From the NCBI GenBank assembly GCA_963736855.1, contig CAVTQK010000009.1, positions 608,001 through 672,000 on the forward strand: a stretch of 64,000 nt of DNA, in the 5' to 3' direction. Both the position numbers and the translations under genes were made by a program. Shown one piece after another: positions 32,067-41,239 of the stretch. The notes beneath the pieces are model-generated. The model did no database searches. It was given only the letters and a program-made list of their open reading frames with translations, and was not told the DNA's origin. Numbering within the stretch: the stretch's first letter is position 1; each line of letters begins with the position of its first letter. The stretch comes from an uncultured delta proteobacterium. Its GTDB lineage: Bacteria; Desulfobacterota; Desulfobacteria; Desulfobacterales; UBA2156.

Positions 32067-33352
32067 CGATTTTTGCTCCTGATCCCCTCAACAGGGCCCT
32101 TTGGAACCCGAACCAAAAGACCGGCATTAGGAAGCACGGCCAGAGCTCCTTTTCGGTTTTGTATATGTTGCAGCGCTTGATCAAGTGAAACTTTTTTAAC
32201 TCCGATAATTCGACAGGTTTTTTCGTCAAGATCCGTGATCATGAGAATTCTGATCCGGTCGGTTTTAGTCATCATGGAAAGGGCGGTTCCACCGTTTCCC
32301 TCATATCGCCCGGAAAGCCTCTCAAATGCTCCGGCATATCCCCCCATGGAAAAATAAGGTAAGAAAGTACTGGAGCCCACCCCGTCCCGGCACCGGGCCA
32401 ATGCCACCAGTGTCCCCCCGTCCTCGACGAAAAGGGAGGCGTTCTGAATCGCCTTATGGCTCTGGATGAAGTTGATGTCCCTGGGATGACTCCCGCATGA
32501 TGCCAGAACCCACGAATACCTCTTTCCATCGGGGAGTTCGCAATTTCGCGCATGCTCGGCGCATGCTTTCCGAAAATCGGAAGGACCGGTACCGAAAAGC
32601 AGCTCGCAAACCTTTCCGTTTCGGTCCAGGATGCCATGGATGGCCATATGGGCCTGAAAAAAGGCTTCATGCTCCTCGAGATCCTCGGCCAGGGGGTTGC
32701 CGTCCAAAACTCCCGGTCGGCAGCCGGGAGCCAATCGCTTCTTGGCCCTATCCAGGAAAAGGGCATGATTGAGATAGATGGCCTCCTGGAACCCCAGACC
32801 CGGAAAAATCAGCTTCCGTCCCCCCCCATATCCCGCAAAATAATGATGGGAAATCGCACCGAAAGTTAAAACAAACGTGCACTCCAGAAGATCTTTACGC
32901 ATCAGAACCGGTGTCTTGCGGGATGTTTCACCCAAGAGCGCAAAGGAGTCCGGGTTGCTGCCGTCGTGGTGTATAATGGTAAAACGGCGATAGGCATCGC
33001 CGTAGGCGGCAAGGCTTTCAACATCACTTTGCCGGGCATGGGTGCCGTAGGCAATGAAAAACCGGATCCGGCCGGAATCGACGCCTCGCTTCTCAAATGC
33101 CTCCCTCAACCCGGGAAGATAAATCGGATAATTGCACAGGCGGGTCTTATCCGCGACAACGATGCCGACCCGGCTCAGATCCGGCCTGGCGGAATCTATG
33201 GCGTGATCGACTTGAAGAAAAAAGCGTTCCGGGTCGCACCGGGACTTTGGGTCCCGGACATCGAAAAGAACAACATCACCGGAAAGGTCCCAATCGATGA
33301 GGTCGTTACCGTATCTCAGAGTAATTTTATCCAAGGATTTGGCCTGGCTCAA
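32063..33352 (-). CDS. LarA-family (lactate racemase-like, nickel-pincer) 2-hydroxyacid racemase/epimerase
   Basis: [37 protein letters not shown]. Confidence 0.85.
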   Translation of the reverse strand: MSQAKSLDKITLRYGNDLIDWDLSGDVVLFDVRDPKSRCDPERFFLQVDHAIDSARPDLSRVGIVVADKTRLCNYPIYLPGLREAFEKRGVDSGRIRFFIAYGTHARQSDVESLAAYGDAYRRFTIIHHDGSNPDSFALLGETSRKTPVLMRKDLLECTFVLTFGAISHHYFAGYGGGRKLIFPGLGFQEAIYLNHALFLDRAKKRLAPGCRPGVLDGNPLAEDLEEHEAFFQAHMAIHGILDRNGKVCELLFGTGPSDFRKACAEHARNCELPDGKRYSWVLASCGSHPRDINFIQSHKAIQNASLFVEDGGTLVALARCRDGVGSSTFLPYFSMGGYAGAFERLSGRYEGNGGTALSMMTKTDRIRILMITDLDEKTCRIIGVKKVSLDQALQHIQNRKGALAVLPNAGLLVRVPKGPVEGIRSKNR

Positions 33353-33367
33353 AGCATGAGGCGGACA

Positions 33368-34900
33368 TCAGTTCAGCGGACCCACGGCTTCTTCCACGGC
33401 ATCGACGATGGCGCCGCTTCGAACCAGGTCCGTTAACGCGGCGATATCCTTCGAAAGGACGCGGTCGATATCCAGATGCCTGACGGTCTCCCGGATGGTC
33501 CGATAGGCCGCCAGTGTCCCTTTCCCCGGTTTCATGTTGGTGAAAAGATCCATGGCCTGGGCGGCGCACAGCATCTCGATGGCGATGACGTGCTCCACAT
33601 TTTTCAAAATCGACCGGCACTTTCGGGCCGATATGGTCCCCATGGAGACATGGTCCTCCTTGTTGGCCGATGTGGGGATGGAATCCACACATGCCGGATG
33701 AGCCAGGACCTTGTTTTCCGAGACCAGAGCCGCGGCCGTGTATTGAGTGATCATGAAGCCGGAATTCAATCCGCCGTCAGCCACAAGGAAGGCCGGAAGT
33801 CCGCTGAGCTGGGGGTTTACCAGCCGTTCCACCCGGCGCTCGGAGATCGCCCCCCACTCGCATATCCCTATCCCTAAAAAGTCGAGGGCCAATGCCACAG
33901 GCTGACCGTGGAAATTACCCCCTAATAGAAATGTTTTATCTTCTGTAAAGATAACGGGATTCCCGGTGGAAGCGTTCATTTCGGTCTCCAGGACCTTCTT
34001 CGCGTATGCCGCGGCGTCTTTACCCGCTCCGTGCACCTGAGGGGAACAGCGCAGCGTGTAGGCGTCCTGAATCCGGCAGCAATCTTGGTGAGAGGAGATG
34101 ATCTCGCTGTCTTTGGTGATGCGGAGCATGTTGTCGGCCGCCGCCGCTTGGCCGGGATGGGGTCGGACCCGATGGATTCGGGGGTCGAACTCCGTCCGGC
34201 TCCCCATCAGGACCTCCAGACTCATGGCCGCCGCGATATCCGCGGTCTTTGCGAGTTTAAGAGCATCGTAAAGGGTCAGTGCGCCGATGGCGGTCATCAC
34301 CTGGGTGCCGTTCACCAGGGCAAGCCCTTCGCCGGCTTCCAGTGTAAGGGGTTTGAGGCTGCATCTAGACAGGGCCGCTTTACCGGACATCCGCTTTCCA
34401 CGGTAAACGGCCATTCCCATACCGATAAGGACCAGGGCAAGGTGAGCCAGGGGGGCCAAATCACCGCTGGCGCCAACCGACCCCTGAGCCGGCACTTCCG
34501 GATGGATTCCCCGATTGAGACACTCTATCAACTGGCGGACGGTCTCCAAGCGGATTCCCGCATGTCCCTTTGCAAGGTCATGCACCTTCAGGGCCATGAC
34601 CGCCCTTACCGTTTCGGTGTCCAGTAGTTCTCCTACGCCTGCGGCGTGGCTCATGAGGATGTTTTTTTGAAGTTGCCGGGTATCCTTCAGAGAGATCTTC
34701 ACATCGCTGAGCACCCCGAATCCCGTGGTCATCCCGTAGATGATTCTCCCCTCGGCAATCCATTGATCCACCAGCCGGCGAGCGGCCCGGATCCGACGAG
34801 AGGCCTCTTGGGTCAACGCCACTTGCGTCCCATTCCGGGCCACCGCAGTCAAATCTTCCAGGTTAAGGTTTTCACCACCTAAAGATATCTTCCTTGGCAT
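33368..34900 (-). CDS. hutH: Histidine ammonia-lyase
   Basis: YGMTTGFG, MIO motif GSVGASGDLAP, QDAYTLRC, GGNFHG, SANKEDHVSMG. Confidence 0.93.
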   Translation of the reverse strand: MPRKISLGGENLNLEDLTAVARNGTQVALTQEASRRIRAARRLVDQWIAEGRIIYGMTTGFGVLSDVKISLKDTRQLQKNILMSHAAGVGELLDTETVRAVMALKVHDLAKGHAGIRLETVRQLIECLNRGIHPEVPAQGSVGASGDLAPLAHLALVLIGMGMAVYRGKRMSGKAALSRCSLKPLTLEAGEGLALVNGTQVMTAIGALTLYDALKLAKTADIAAAMSLEVLMGSRTEFDPRIHRVRPHPGQAAAADNMLRITKDSEIISSHQDCCRIQDAYTLRCSPQVHGAGKDAAAYAKKVLETEMNASTGNPVIFTEDKTFLLGGNFHGQPVALALDFLGIGICEWGAISERRVERLVNPQLSGLPAFLVADGGLNSGFMITQYTAAALVSENKVLAHPACVDSIPTSANKEDHVSMGTISARKCRSILKNVEHVIAIEMLCAAQAMDLFTNMKPGKGTLAAYRTIRETVRHLDIDRVLSKDIAALTDLVRSGAIVDAVEEAVGPLN

Positions 34901-34937
34901 GGATCCTCTTTGCGTCATCAAACAACTTTTTAATTTT

Positions 34938-35090
34938 GATGAAATCGTAAAAACTCAAAATTGGGATGGCAAAGTAAAAAGCTTCAGATGCAAGGCGCGC
35001 AAATCCTGAGGAATGAGGCGTACTTATAGGTACGCCGCAATGACGAAGGATGCAGCGCAACGCAGCAGATGGACTTTTTACGAAGCCATC
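34938..35090. mobile_element. MITE-like repeat, copy 3
   Basis: Near-identical to copy 1; perfect AATTTT duplication at 34932-34937 and 35091-35096. Confidence 0.88.
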
Positions 35091-35377
35091 AATTTTATTA
35101 GTACAGCCGGGCTGAAATTTCAATCAGGAATTCGGAACCTCACCTGAGAAAGCTTTCTGACAAAAGCCTTGACAGCGGAGGGTCTTTGTATGAAGCTTTC
35201 AGTCTATTGGCCCTCCAATCGGCCGGAATTTACCCTGCAGTTGCATAAAAAACATGACAAGGTATAGAAAAAAGAATGATAAAAGGGCATTTGAATACGT
35301 TTAGGCATGGTTCGCGAATAAACTTTTAGTGACTTTAAAAACAAAGAAAAAATTTGTCACATTTTTTACCCGGAGGG

Positions 35378-35476
35378 AAAGCTGAGGATGCACCATCTCC
35401 TTCGTTGCCAAGGGCTCGCAGTAAAATACTACGGCTTCACCCTTGGACGCCTTGGATCTGGGACATCCTCAGCTTT
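35378..35476. repeat. ~100-bp element bounded by a 13-bp inverted repeat, upstream of gcvT-glyA
   Basis: AAAGCTGAGGATG ... CATCCTCAGCTTT with inner CCAAGGG/CCCTTGG pairing. Confidence 0.55.
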
Positions 35477-35514
35477 TGCAACAACAGGGTTTACCCATAA
35501 AAAGGAGTCTGGAA

Positions 35515-38163
35515 ATGGAAACGCTGCGTAAGACACCCTTACACGATCGCCACGCTTCCCTGGGCGCCAACCTTGTCTCTTTCGGCGGGTGGCACATGCC
35601 TCTGCATTATCGCTCGGGCATCCTTCAGGAGCATCTGGCCACCCGAAAAGAGGCTGGCCTCTTCGATGTTTCCCACATGGGCCGCTTCATCGTCTCCGGG
35701 AAAAATGCCCTATCCTTTCTCCAGCATGTGCTGACCAATAATGCCGCCGCCCTCGAAGTGGAAGAAAGCCAATACACCATAATCGCCGATGTCGAAGGCG
35801 GTGCCATTGACGATGCCTACCTTTACCGTTTCGTGGAAGACAGCTATCTTCTGGTAGTCAACGCGGCCAACACCCGAAAAGATTGGGACCATTTCAATGC
35901 GACATTGAAAGGCTTCAAAGACGTTCGGCTGGAAGATCACACGGAATCCCTTTCCATGCTCAGCCTCCAGGGACCCCGATCCAAGGAGATCATGACGGAA
36001 ATTCTCGACTCAGGACAGCTTCCTGAACCGATGAGAAACGCACTTTCCACCGCCGTCATTGCCGGAGCGACCGTCCGAATCGGCAGAACCGGATATACCG
36101 GCGAGCCGCTATGCTTCGAGCTTTTCATGAAACAGGAAGATGCCCCGAAGGTGTGGGATCGGATTCTTTCCAAGGGCGCTTCTCCCGTGGGATTGGGAGC
36201 CCGCGACACTTTGAGGCTGGAAGCCGCGCTCCCCCTTTATGGACACGAGTTCGGCACCGACCCTGAAGGAAAGCCGATTCCCATATTCACCTGTCCCCTT
36301 GCCCGGTTCGCCGTCAGTTTTTCCCCTCTTAAAGGAGACTTTATCGGCCGGACGTCGCTTTTCAGGCAATTTGAGGCTTTCAAACGGATTGCCTGCCACG
36401 ATTTTTCCAACACAAAAGACCTCCCCCGCCGGGTCCAGCCTGCGGCGCTCATGGAAAAAGGGGTTCCCCGGCTGGGATATCGCATTTTTCGAAACAGCTC
36501 ACAGGTGGGGTATGTCACCAGCGGCACCATGGTCCCTTATTATCAATTTACAGGAGACGGCATTCACTCCACCCCAACCGAACAGACGGAGCTGAGGGGA
36601 ATCTGCCTGGCCCTTATGGACAGTGATTGCTGGGAGGGAGACATTATTGAAATCGATATCCGGGGCAGGCGGGTCAAGGGAGTGATCGTTCCCTACCATT
36701 TGCGAAGCGAGGCCCCTCCCATGGCCCGGCCTATCCTCTGGAGCCGGATTCATCAGGAAAAGCGTTCTTCCGGAAAGAGCCCCTTCCTCGAGAAAGCCCG
36801 GATCCTCACCGAAAAGGCCTTATCAAATACCCGATGGCGCCGACAGGAATGCATCAACCTGATCCCCTCGGAACAGACCCCCTCCATCCTGGTCAAGCTT
36901 CTCTCCATGGCCGACCCTTCCGGCCGTTACGCCGAGCACAAACCGGTCCCCGCCTTTTCCGATGCCGAGGTGTTTTATTACCAAGGAACCGACTTTATCG
37001 CCGAAGTAGAGTCTCTGCTCAAAGAGGAACTTTGCACCTACCTGGGATGCCGGGAAGTGGAAACCCGGGTGATCTCCGGACAGATGGCCAACACCGCCGT
37101 CTTCAGCGCCATGGTGGACTTTCTCAACCGGGCCGATCGGAAGAGCGAACAGCGTCGGATTCGAAAGGTCCTCAATAACCATATCATCAAAGGCGGGCAT
37201 CTGAGCGCACAGCCCATGGGCGCTCTGCGGGATTTCGTCATGCGGGATCCCAAGACGGAAAAGCCTGCAGTGGTCAATTTTCCGGTGTTGGTTCACGACC
37301 CTTTCAAGATCGATGTGAGCGCCTGCAGGGAGGTACTCGAAGAGCACCGGCCGGAGCTGATCATCTTCGGTAAGAGCATGACCCTTTATCGGGAGCCGGT
37401 GGCCCAGATCCGGGAAATGGTGAATACCTTGGGCTTGGATTGCATGATCCTTTACGACATGGCCCATGTCCTGGGCCTTGCAGGGCCCTTGTTCCAGGAG
37501 CCGTTCAGGGAAGGTGCGGACATCGTCACCGGGTCGACCCACAAGACGTTTTTCGGAACCCAGAGGGGTATCATCGCCTCCGACTGCACTTTGGAAGATC
37601 ACCGTTTCGAATTCTGGGAAGCGATCCAGCGCCGAACATTCCCCGGCAGCACCAGCAACCATCACCTGGGGACCCTGCTGGGGCTCCTGATGGCCGCCTA
37701 TGAGATGAACCATTTCAAGGAATCCTATCAAAATCAGGTGCTCGCCAACGCCAAAACCTTCGCGAAAGAGCTGGCAGCGTATGGCCTGAGTGTAGCAGGA
37801 GACCCGGAAATTTCCTATACCGAAACCCACCAGGTGATCCTCAACGTCGGGTATGCCAAAGGGCCGGAGATTGCCCGACGCCTGGAGGAAAACAACATTA
37901 TCGTCAACTACCAGGCTTCCCCGGCGGATGAAGGATTTACCGCTTCAGGTTCCTTGCGCATGGGTGTTCAGGAAATGACCCGGTTCGGCATGAAGGAACC
38001 CCATTTTCAACAACTGGCCCAGTTTGTTGCGGAAGCCCTGGGCGGAAACCGCACTGTCAAGGAGAAAGTACTTCAATTCAGGAGGGATTTCCAGGAGATG
38101 CATTATGTATTCTCAATGGATCAATTTACCGATCTGATCGATCGGCTCTATCGTTTAATTTAG
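35515..38163 (+). CDS. gcvT: Fused glycine cleavage aminomethyltransferase (GcvT) / serine hydroxymethyltransferase
   Basis: N-half FDVSHMG, RTGYTGE, GLGARDTLRLEA; C-half INLIPSE, DMAHVLGL, PLP motif STHKT. Confidence 0.92.
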   Translation: METLRKTPLHDRHASLGANLVSFGGWHMPLHYRSGILQEHLATRKEAGLFDVSHMGRFIVSGKNALSFLQHVLTNNAAALEVEESQYTIIADVEGGAIDDAYLYRFVEDSYLLVVNAANTRKDWDHFNATLKGFKDVRLEDHTESLSMLSLQGPRSKEIMTEILDSGQLPEPMRNALSTAVIAGATVRIGRTGYTGEPLCFELFMKQEDAPKVWDRILSKGASPVGLGARDTLRLEAALPLYGHEFGTDPEGKPIPIFTCPLARFAVSFSPLKGDFIGRTSLFRQFEAFKRIACHDFSNTKDLPRRVQPAALMEKGVPRLGYRIFRNSSQVGYVTSGTMVPYYQFTGDGIHSTPTEQTELRGICLALMDSDCWEGDIIEIDIRGRRVKGVIVPYHLRSEAPPMARPILWSRIHQEKRSSGKSPFLEKARILTEKALSNTRWRRQECINLIPSEQTPSILVKLLSMADPSGRYAEHKPVPAFSDAEVFYYQGTDFIAEVESLLKEELCTYLGCREVETRVISGQMANTAVFSAMVDFLNRADRKSEQRRIRKVLNNHIIKGGHLSAQPMGALRDFVMRDPKTEKPAVVNFPVLVHDPFKIDVSACREVLEEHRPELIIFGKSMTLYREPVAQIREMVNTLGLDCMILYDMAHVLGLAGPLFQEPFREGADIVTGSTHKTFFGTQRGIIASDCTLEDHRFEFWEAIQRRTFPGSTSNHHLGTLLGLLMAAYEMNHFKESYQNQVLANAKTFAKELAAYGLSVAGDPEISYTETHQVILNVGYAKGPEIARRLEENNIIVNYQASPADEGFTASGSLRMGVQEMTRFGMKEPHFQQLAQFVAEALGGNRTVKEKVLQFRRDFQEMHYVFSMDQFTDLIDRLYRLI

Positions 38164-38179
38164 GGCCGACCTATATTGC

Positions 38180-39218
38180 ATGGACATGGGCGCGTCTCTG
38201 AATTCGAGAATCTTTTCTGCCGCCGTTTTTCTGGGGTTTGTTGTCTTTTCCATACTCACATTTCTTTTCCTGGAAATGTATCACTTTGCCCAAACCCCGG
38301 CCGACCCCCTTGCCCCCGTCAGGTCGTTTGTCGTCTTGCCCGGGGACTCCTTCCGGCGGACAGCCGAAAGGCTCCATCAAGAAAAGATCATCGAGAGTGC
38401 ATGCAAGCTACGCCTGTACGCCCGGCTGAAAGGTTTGGATATACGGATTAAGGCCGGTGAATACGCCCTTTCGGCCGCCCAGACGCCCGCAGCCATATTG
38501 GATGCCATGGCTGCCGGTAAAGTGGCTCTGTACAGGGTGACCGTTCCTGAAGGATATACTCTTTTCCAAATTGCCGATCTTCTTGCCCAATCGAACATTT
38601 TGGATCGAGGAGATTTCATAAGGACCGCCACCGATTCGGAAACCGCCCGGCGCCTCGGCATCGAAGCCTCCACCCTCGAAGGATACCTTTTTCCGGACAC
38701 CTATTATTTTCCCCGGCCTTCTTCCCCAGGATCGATCCTTTCCACTATGGTGGGCGCTTTTCGTAAAGCTTTCAAGCCTCAATGGGAAGAAGCGGCAACC
38801 AGGGCGGGTTTCACGATCCACCAAATCGTCACCCTGGCCTCCATGATCGAAAAGGAAACCGGTGCCCCCTTTGAGCGGCCTTTAGTCGCTTCGGTCTTTC
38901 ACAATCGACTCCAAAAGAAGATACGCCTGGAAAGCGATCCCACGGTGATCTATGGCATCAAGGACTTTGACGGAGATCTCACGCGAGAAGCACCTCGCTC
39001 AACGCACCCCTTATAATACTTATCGGATGTCAGGACTCCCTCGCGGACCCATCGCAAACCCTGGAACCGATTCCCTTGAGGCGGCCCTTTATCCTGCAAA
39101 GACCCCTTTTATATATTTTGTCTCTAAAAATGACGGAACCCACCAATTCTCCGAAGACCTCCAGACCCACCGTTTGGCCGTAGAAATCTACCAGAAAGAA
39201 AAGGAAGTATTGCCATGA
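38180..39218 (+). CDS. mltG: Endolytic transglycosylase, with one extra base near 38985
   Basis: LEGYLFPDTY, ASMIEKE, LESDPTVIY; continues in another frame as TPYNTY..GLPRGPIANPG. Confidence 0.88.
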
Positions 39219-40231
39219 CGCCTCGGCCTTCGGATAGGATCTTAGCCGGTCAGCGATTGATGGTCGGGTTTGACGGGACTCACCTCGATGAGGACCTGAA
39301 GTATCTGATCAGAGATATCGGGGTTACCGGCATTATCCTGTTTAAAAAAAATATACAGACCCCGGAGCAGATCCGGGAGCTGACCCGATCGGTCCAGGAA
39401 TATGCCGCGTCCTGCGGAAAGGATCCCCTATTTATCGCGGTTGATCAAGAAGGAGGGGAGGTGGCCCGGCTGCGAGGCCTTTTTTTTACGGAATTTCCGG
39501 GGAATCCCCATATCCAAAATTCCGCCGACGCCCATCGATTTGCCGAGGTGACCGCCTCCGAACTTCGATCTATAGGGATCAACATGAACATGGCGCCGGT
39601 GCTGGATGTGGTTCCGGCCGGAATCAACAGCGTCATGGCGGGGAGGTCCTTCGCGGGCGATCCGTTTCGGGTTTCTGAATTGGGGCAGGTGGTGATTTCC
39701 CTTTTCCAGGGAAAAGGCGTCCTTTCGGTGGCCAAACACTTCCCGGGGATGGGTCGGGCCGTCATAGATCCCCACGTCGATCCCATTGATCTTAGGATCT
39801 CGCTTCCGGAAATGGAAGCCTGTGATCTCGTACCCTTCAAGGATGCCGTTGAAGCAGGAGTTTCGGGCATCATGCTCTCCCATCTCGTCTATTCCGGAAT
39901 CGATCCAGACTGGCCGGCCAGCTTATCGGAGGTCATCGCAAAGGATCTATTGCAACACCGTATGGGATTTACCGGGATCGTTTTTACCGACGACTTGGAT
40001 ATGGGAGCCATCGAGAGCCATTACCCTGTCGAGACTCTTGCCGAGCGGATTCTGGAAGCCCGGATCGATATCGCCCTGGTTTGCCATCGGACCGAAAAAA
40101 TCGAAGCCTTTTTTGAATCTGTTTTAAAGACTATCGGGAAATCGTCCCGGATCCGGCAGTCCGGAGTCGCCGCCTGTCGGAAAATCACAGAGGTCAAGCG
40201 TACCTTTTTAAATGCACCGATCTCCCAGTGA
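39215..40231 (+). CDS. nagZ: Beta-N-acetylhexosaminidase (GH3)
   Basis: DQEGGEVAR, APVLD, KHFPG, TDDLDMGA. Confidence 0.9.
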   Translation: MTPRPSDRILAGQRLMVGFDGTHLDEDLKYLIRDIGVTGIILFKKNIQTPEQIRELTRSVQEYAASCGKDPLFIAVDQEGGEVARLRGLFFTEFPGNPHIQNSADAHRFAEVTASELRSIGINMNMAPVLDVVPAGINSVMAGRSFAGDPFRVSELGQVVISLFQGKGVLSVAKHFPGMGRAVIDPHVDPIDLRISLPEMEACDLVPFKDAVEAGVSGIMLSHLVYSGIDPDWPASLSEVIAKDLLQHRMGFTGIVFTDDLDMGAIESHYPVETLAERILEARIDIALVCHRTEKIEAFFESVLKTIGKSSRIRQSGVAACRKITEVKRTFLNAPISQ

Positions 40232-41239
40232 CGCTTTTCCCTCTGACGGCCGGATTCGGGAATAGACATCATCCTTCAGCCCGCAGGATTCGCCCCGGCG
40301 CAAGCGATGATACCCCACATGGGCGATCATGACGGCGTTGTCCCCGCAAAGCGCCGGGGGCGGAATATGGAGGGAGATCCCATTTTCCTCGGCAGCATCT
40401 CCCATCCGTTTTCTAAGCCTGGAGTTTGCAGCCACGCCGCCCACCACCGCCAAGTGCCTGCATCCGGTCTCTTCCGTCGCACGAATCGCTTTGGCGACCA
40501 GGACATCCACAACCGCTTCCTGAAAAGCCGCAGCAATTTGGGGAAAAGCATCCCGGTAATCGGGATGGGTTTGGATATACCGGTTCACCGCTGTTTTGAT
40601 TCCGCTGAAGCTGAAGTCAAAGGAGGACGGATCCAGCAATGCCCTGGGAAAACGGATCGCAGCCGGATTCCCCCCCCGTGCGATGCGATCAATAGCCGGA
40701 CCACCGGGATACCCGAGGTCGAGCATCTTGGCCACCTTGTCAAAAGCTTCCCCTGCCGCGTCATCCCGGGTTTTCCCCATCAGAGTCCAGTGGAGTAAGC
40801 CGTTCACCCTGTAAAGGGCCGTGTGTCCTCCGGAGACCATAAGCGCAATGAAAGGAAACGATAGCGAGTCGTGGGCAAAGAAAGCGCTGTGGATGTGGCC
40901 TTCGATGTGATCCACCCCGACATAGGGTATACCCAATGCATAGGCAAGGGACTTGGCAAAGGAAAAACCGACCAGGAGAGACCCAACCAGGCCGGGCCCC
41001 TGGGTCACCGCCACACCGTCGAGCTCTTTGAGGGTTACCTCCGCTATTTGCATGGCTTTGCGCACCACGTCCACGATGGCCTCCATATGTTTGCGGGAAG
41101 CCAGTTCCGGGACCACGCCTCCAAAGGGATGATGTATCTCGATTTGTGAGGCCACCACCGATGATAGGATCTGATGACCGTCCTTTGTCACGGCGGCTGC
41201 GGTTTCATCGCACGAGGTCTCGATCCCCAGCACGATCAT
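40208..41239 (-). CDS. tsaD: tRNA N6-threonylcarbamoyladenosine synthase
   Basis: GIETSCDET, GGVVPELASR, HIEGH, DDAAGEAFDK, DNAVMIA. Confidence 0.96.
   Translation of the reverse strand: MIVLGIETSCDETAAAVTKDGHQILSSVVASQIEIHHPFGGVVPELASRKHMEAIVDVVRKAMQIAEVTLKELDGVAVTQGPGLVGSLLVGFSFAKSLAYALGIPYVGVDHIEGHIHSAFFAHDSLSFPFIALMVSGGHTALYRVNGLLHWTLMGKTRDDAAGEAFDKVAKMLDLGYPGGPAIDRIARGGNPAAIRFPRALLDPSSFDFSFSGIKTAVNRYIQTHPDYRDAFPQIAAAFQEAVVDVLVAKAIRATEETGCRHLAVVGGVAANSRLRKRMGDAAEENGISLHIPPPALCGDNAVMIAHVGYHRLRRGESCGLKDDVYSRIRPSEGKASLGDRCI

Noticed and set aside
35100..35514. Glycine riboswitch upstream of gcvT
   Set aside because: The conserved GGAGA...CCGAAG...CTCTCAGG aptamer motifs are not found.
36823..37830. 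Long antisense ORFs (e.g. 36823-37830, 13734-14648, 62245-63117)
   Set aside because: Shadow frames opposite well-supported genes in GC-rich DNA.
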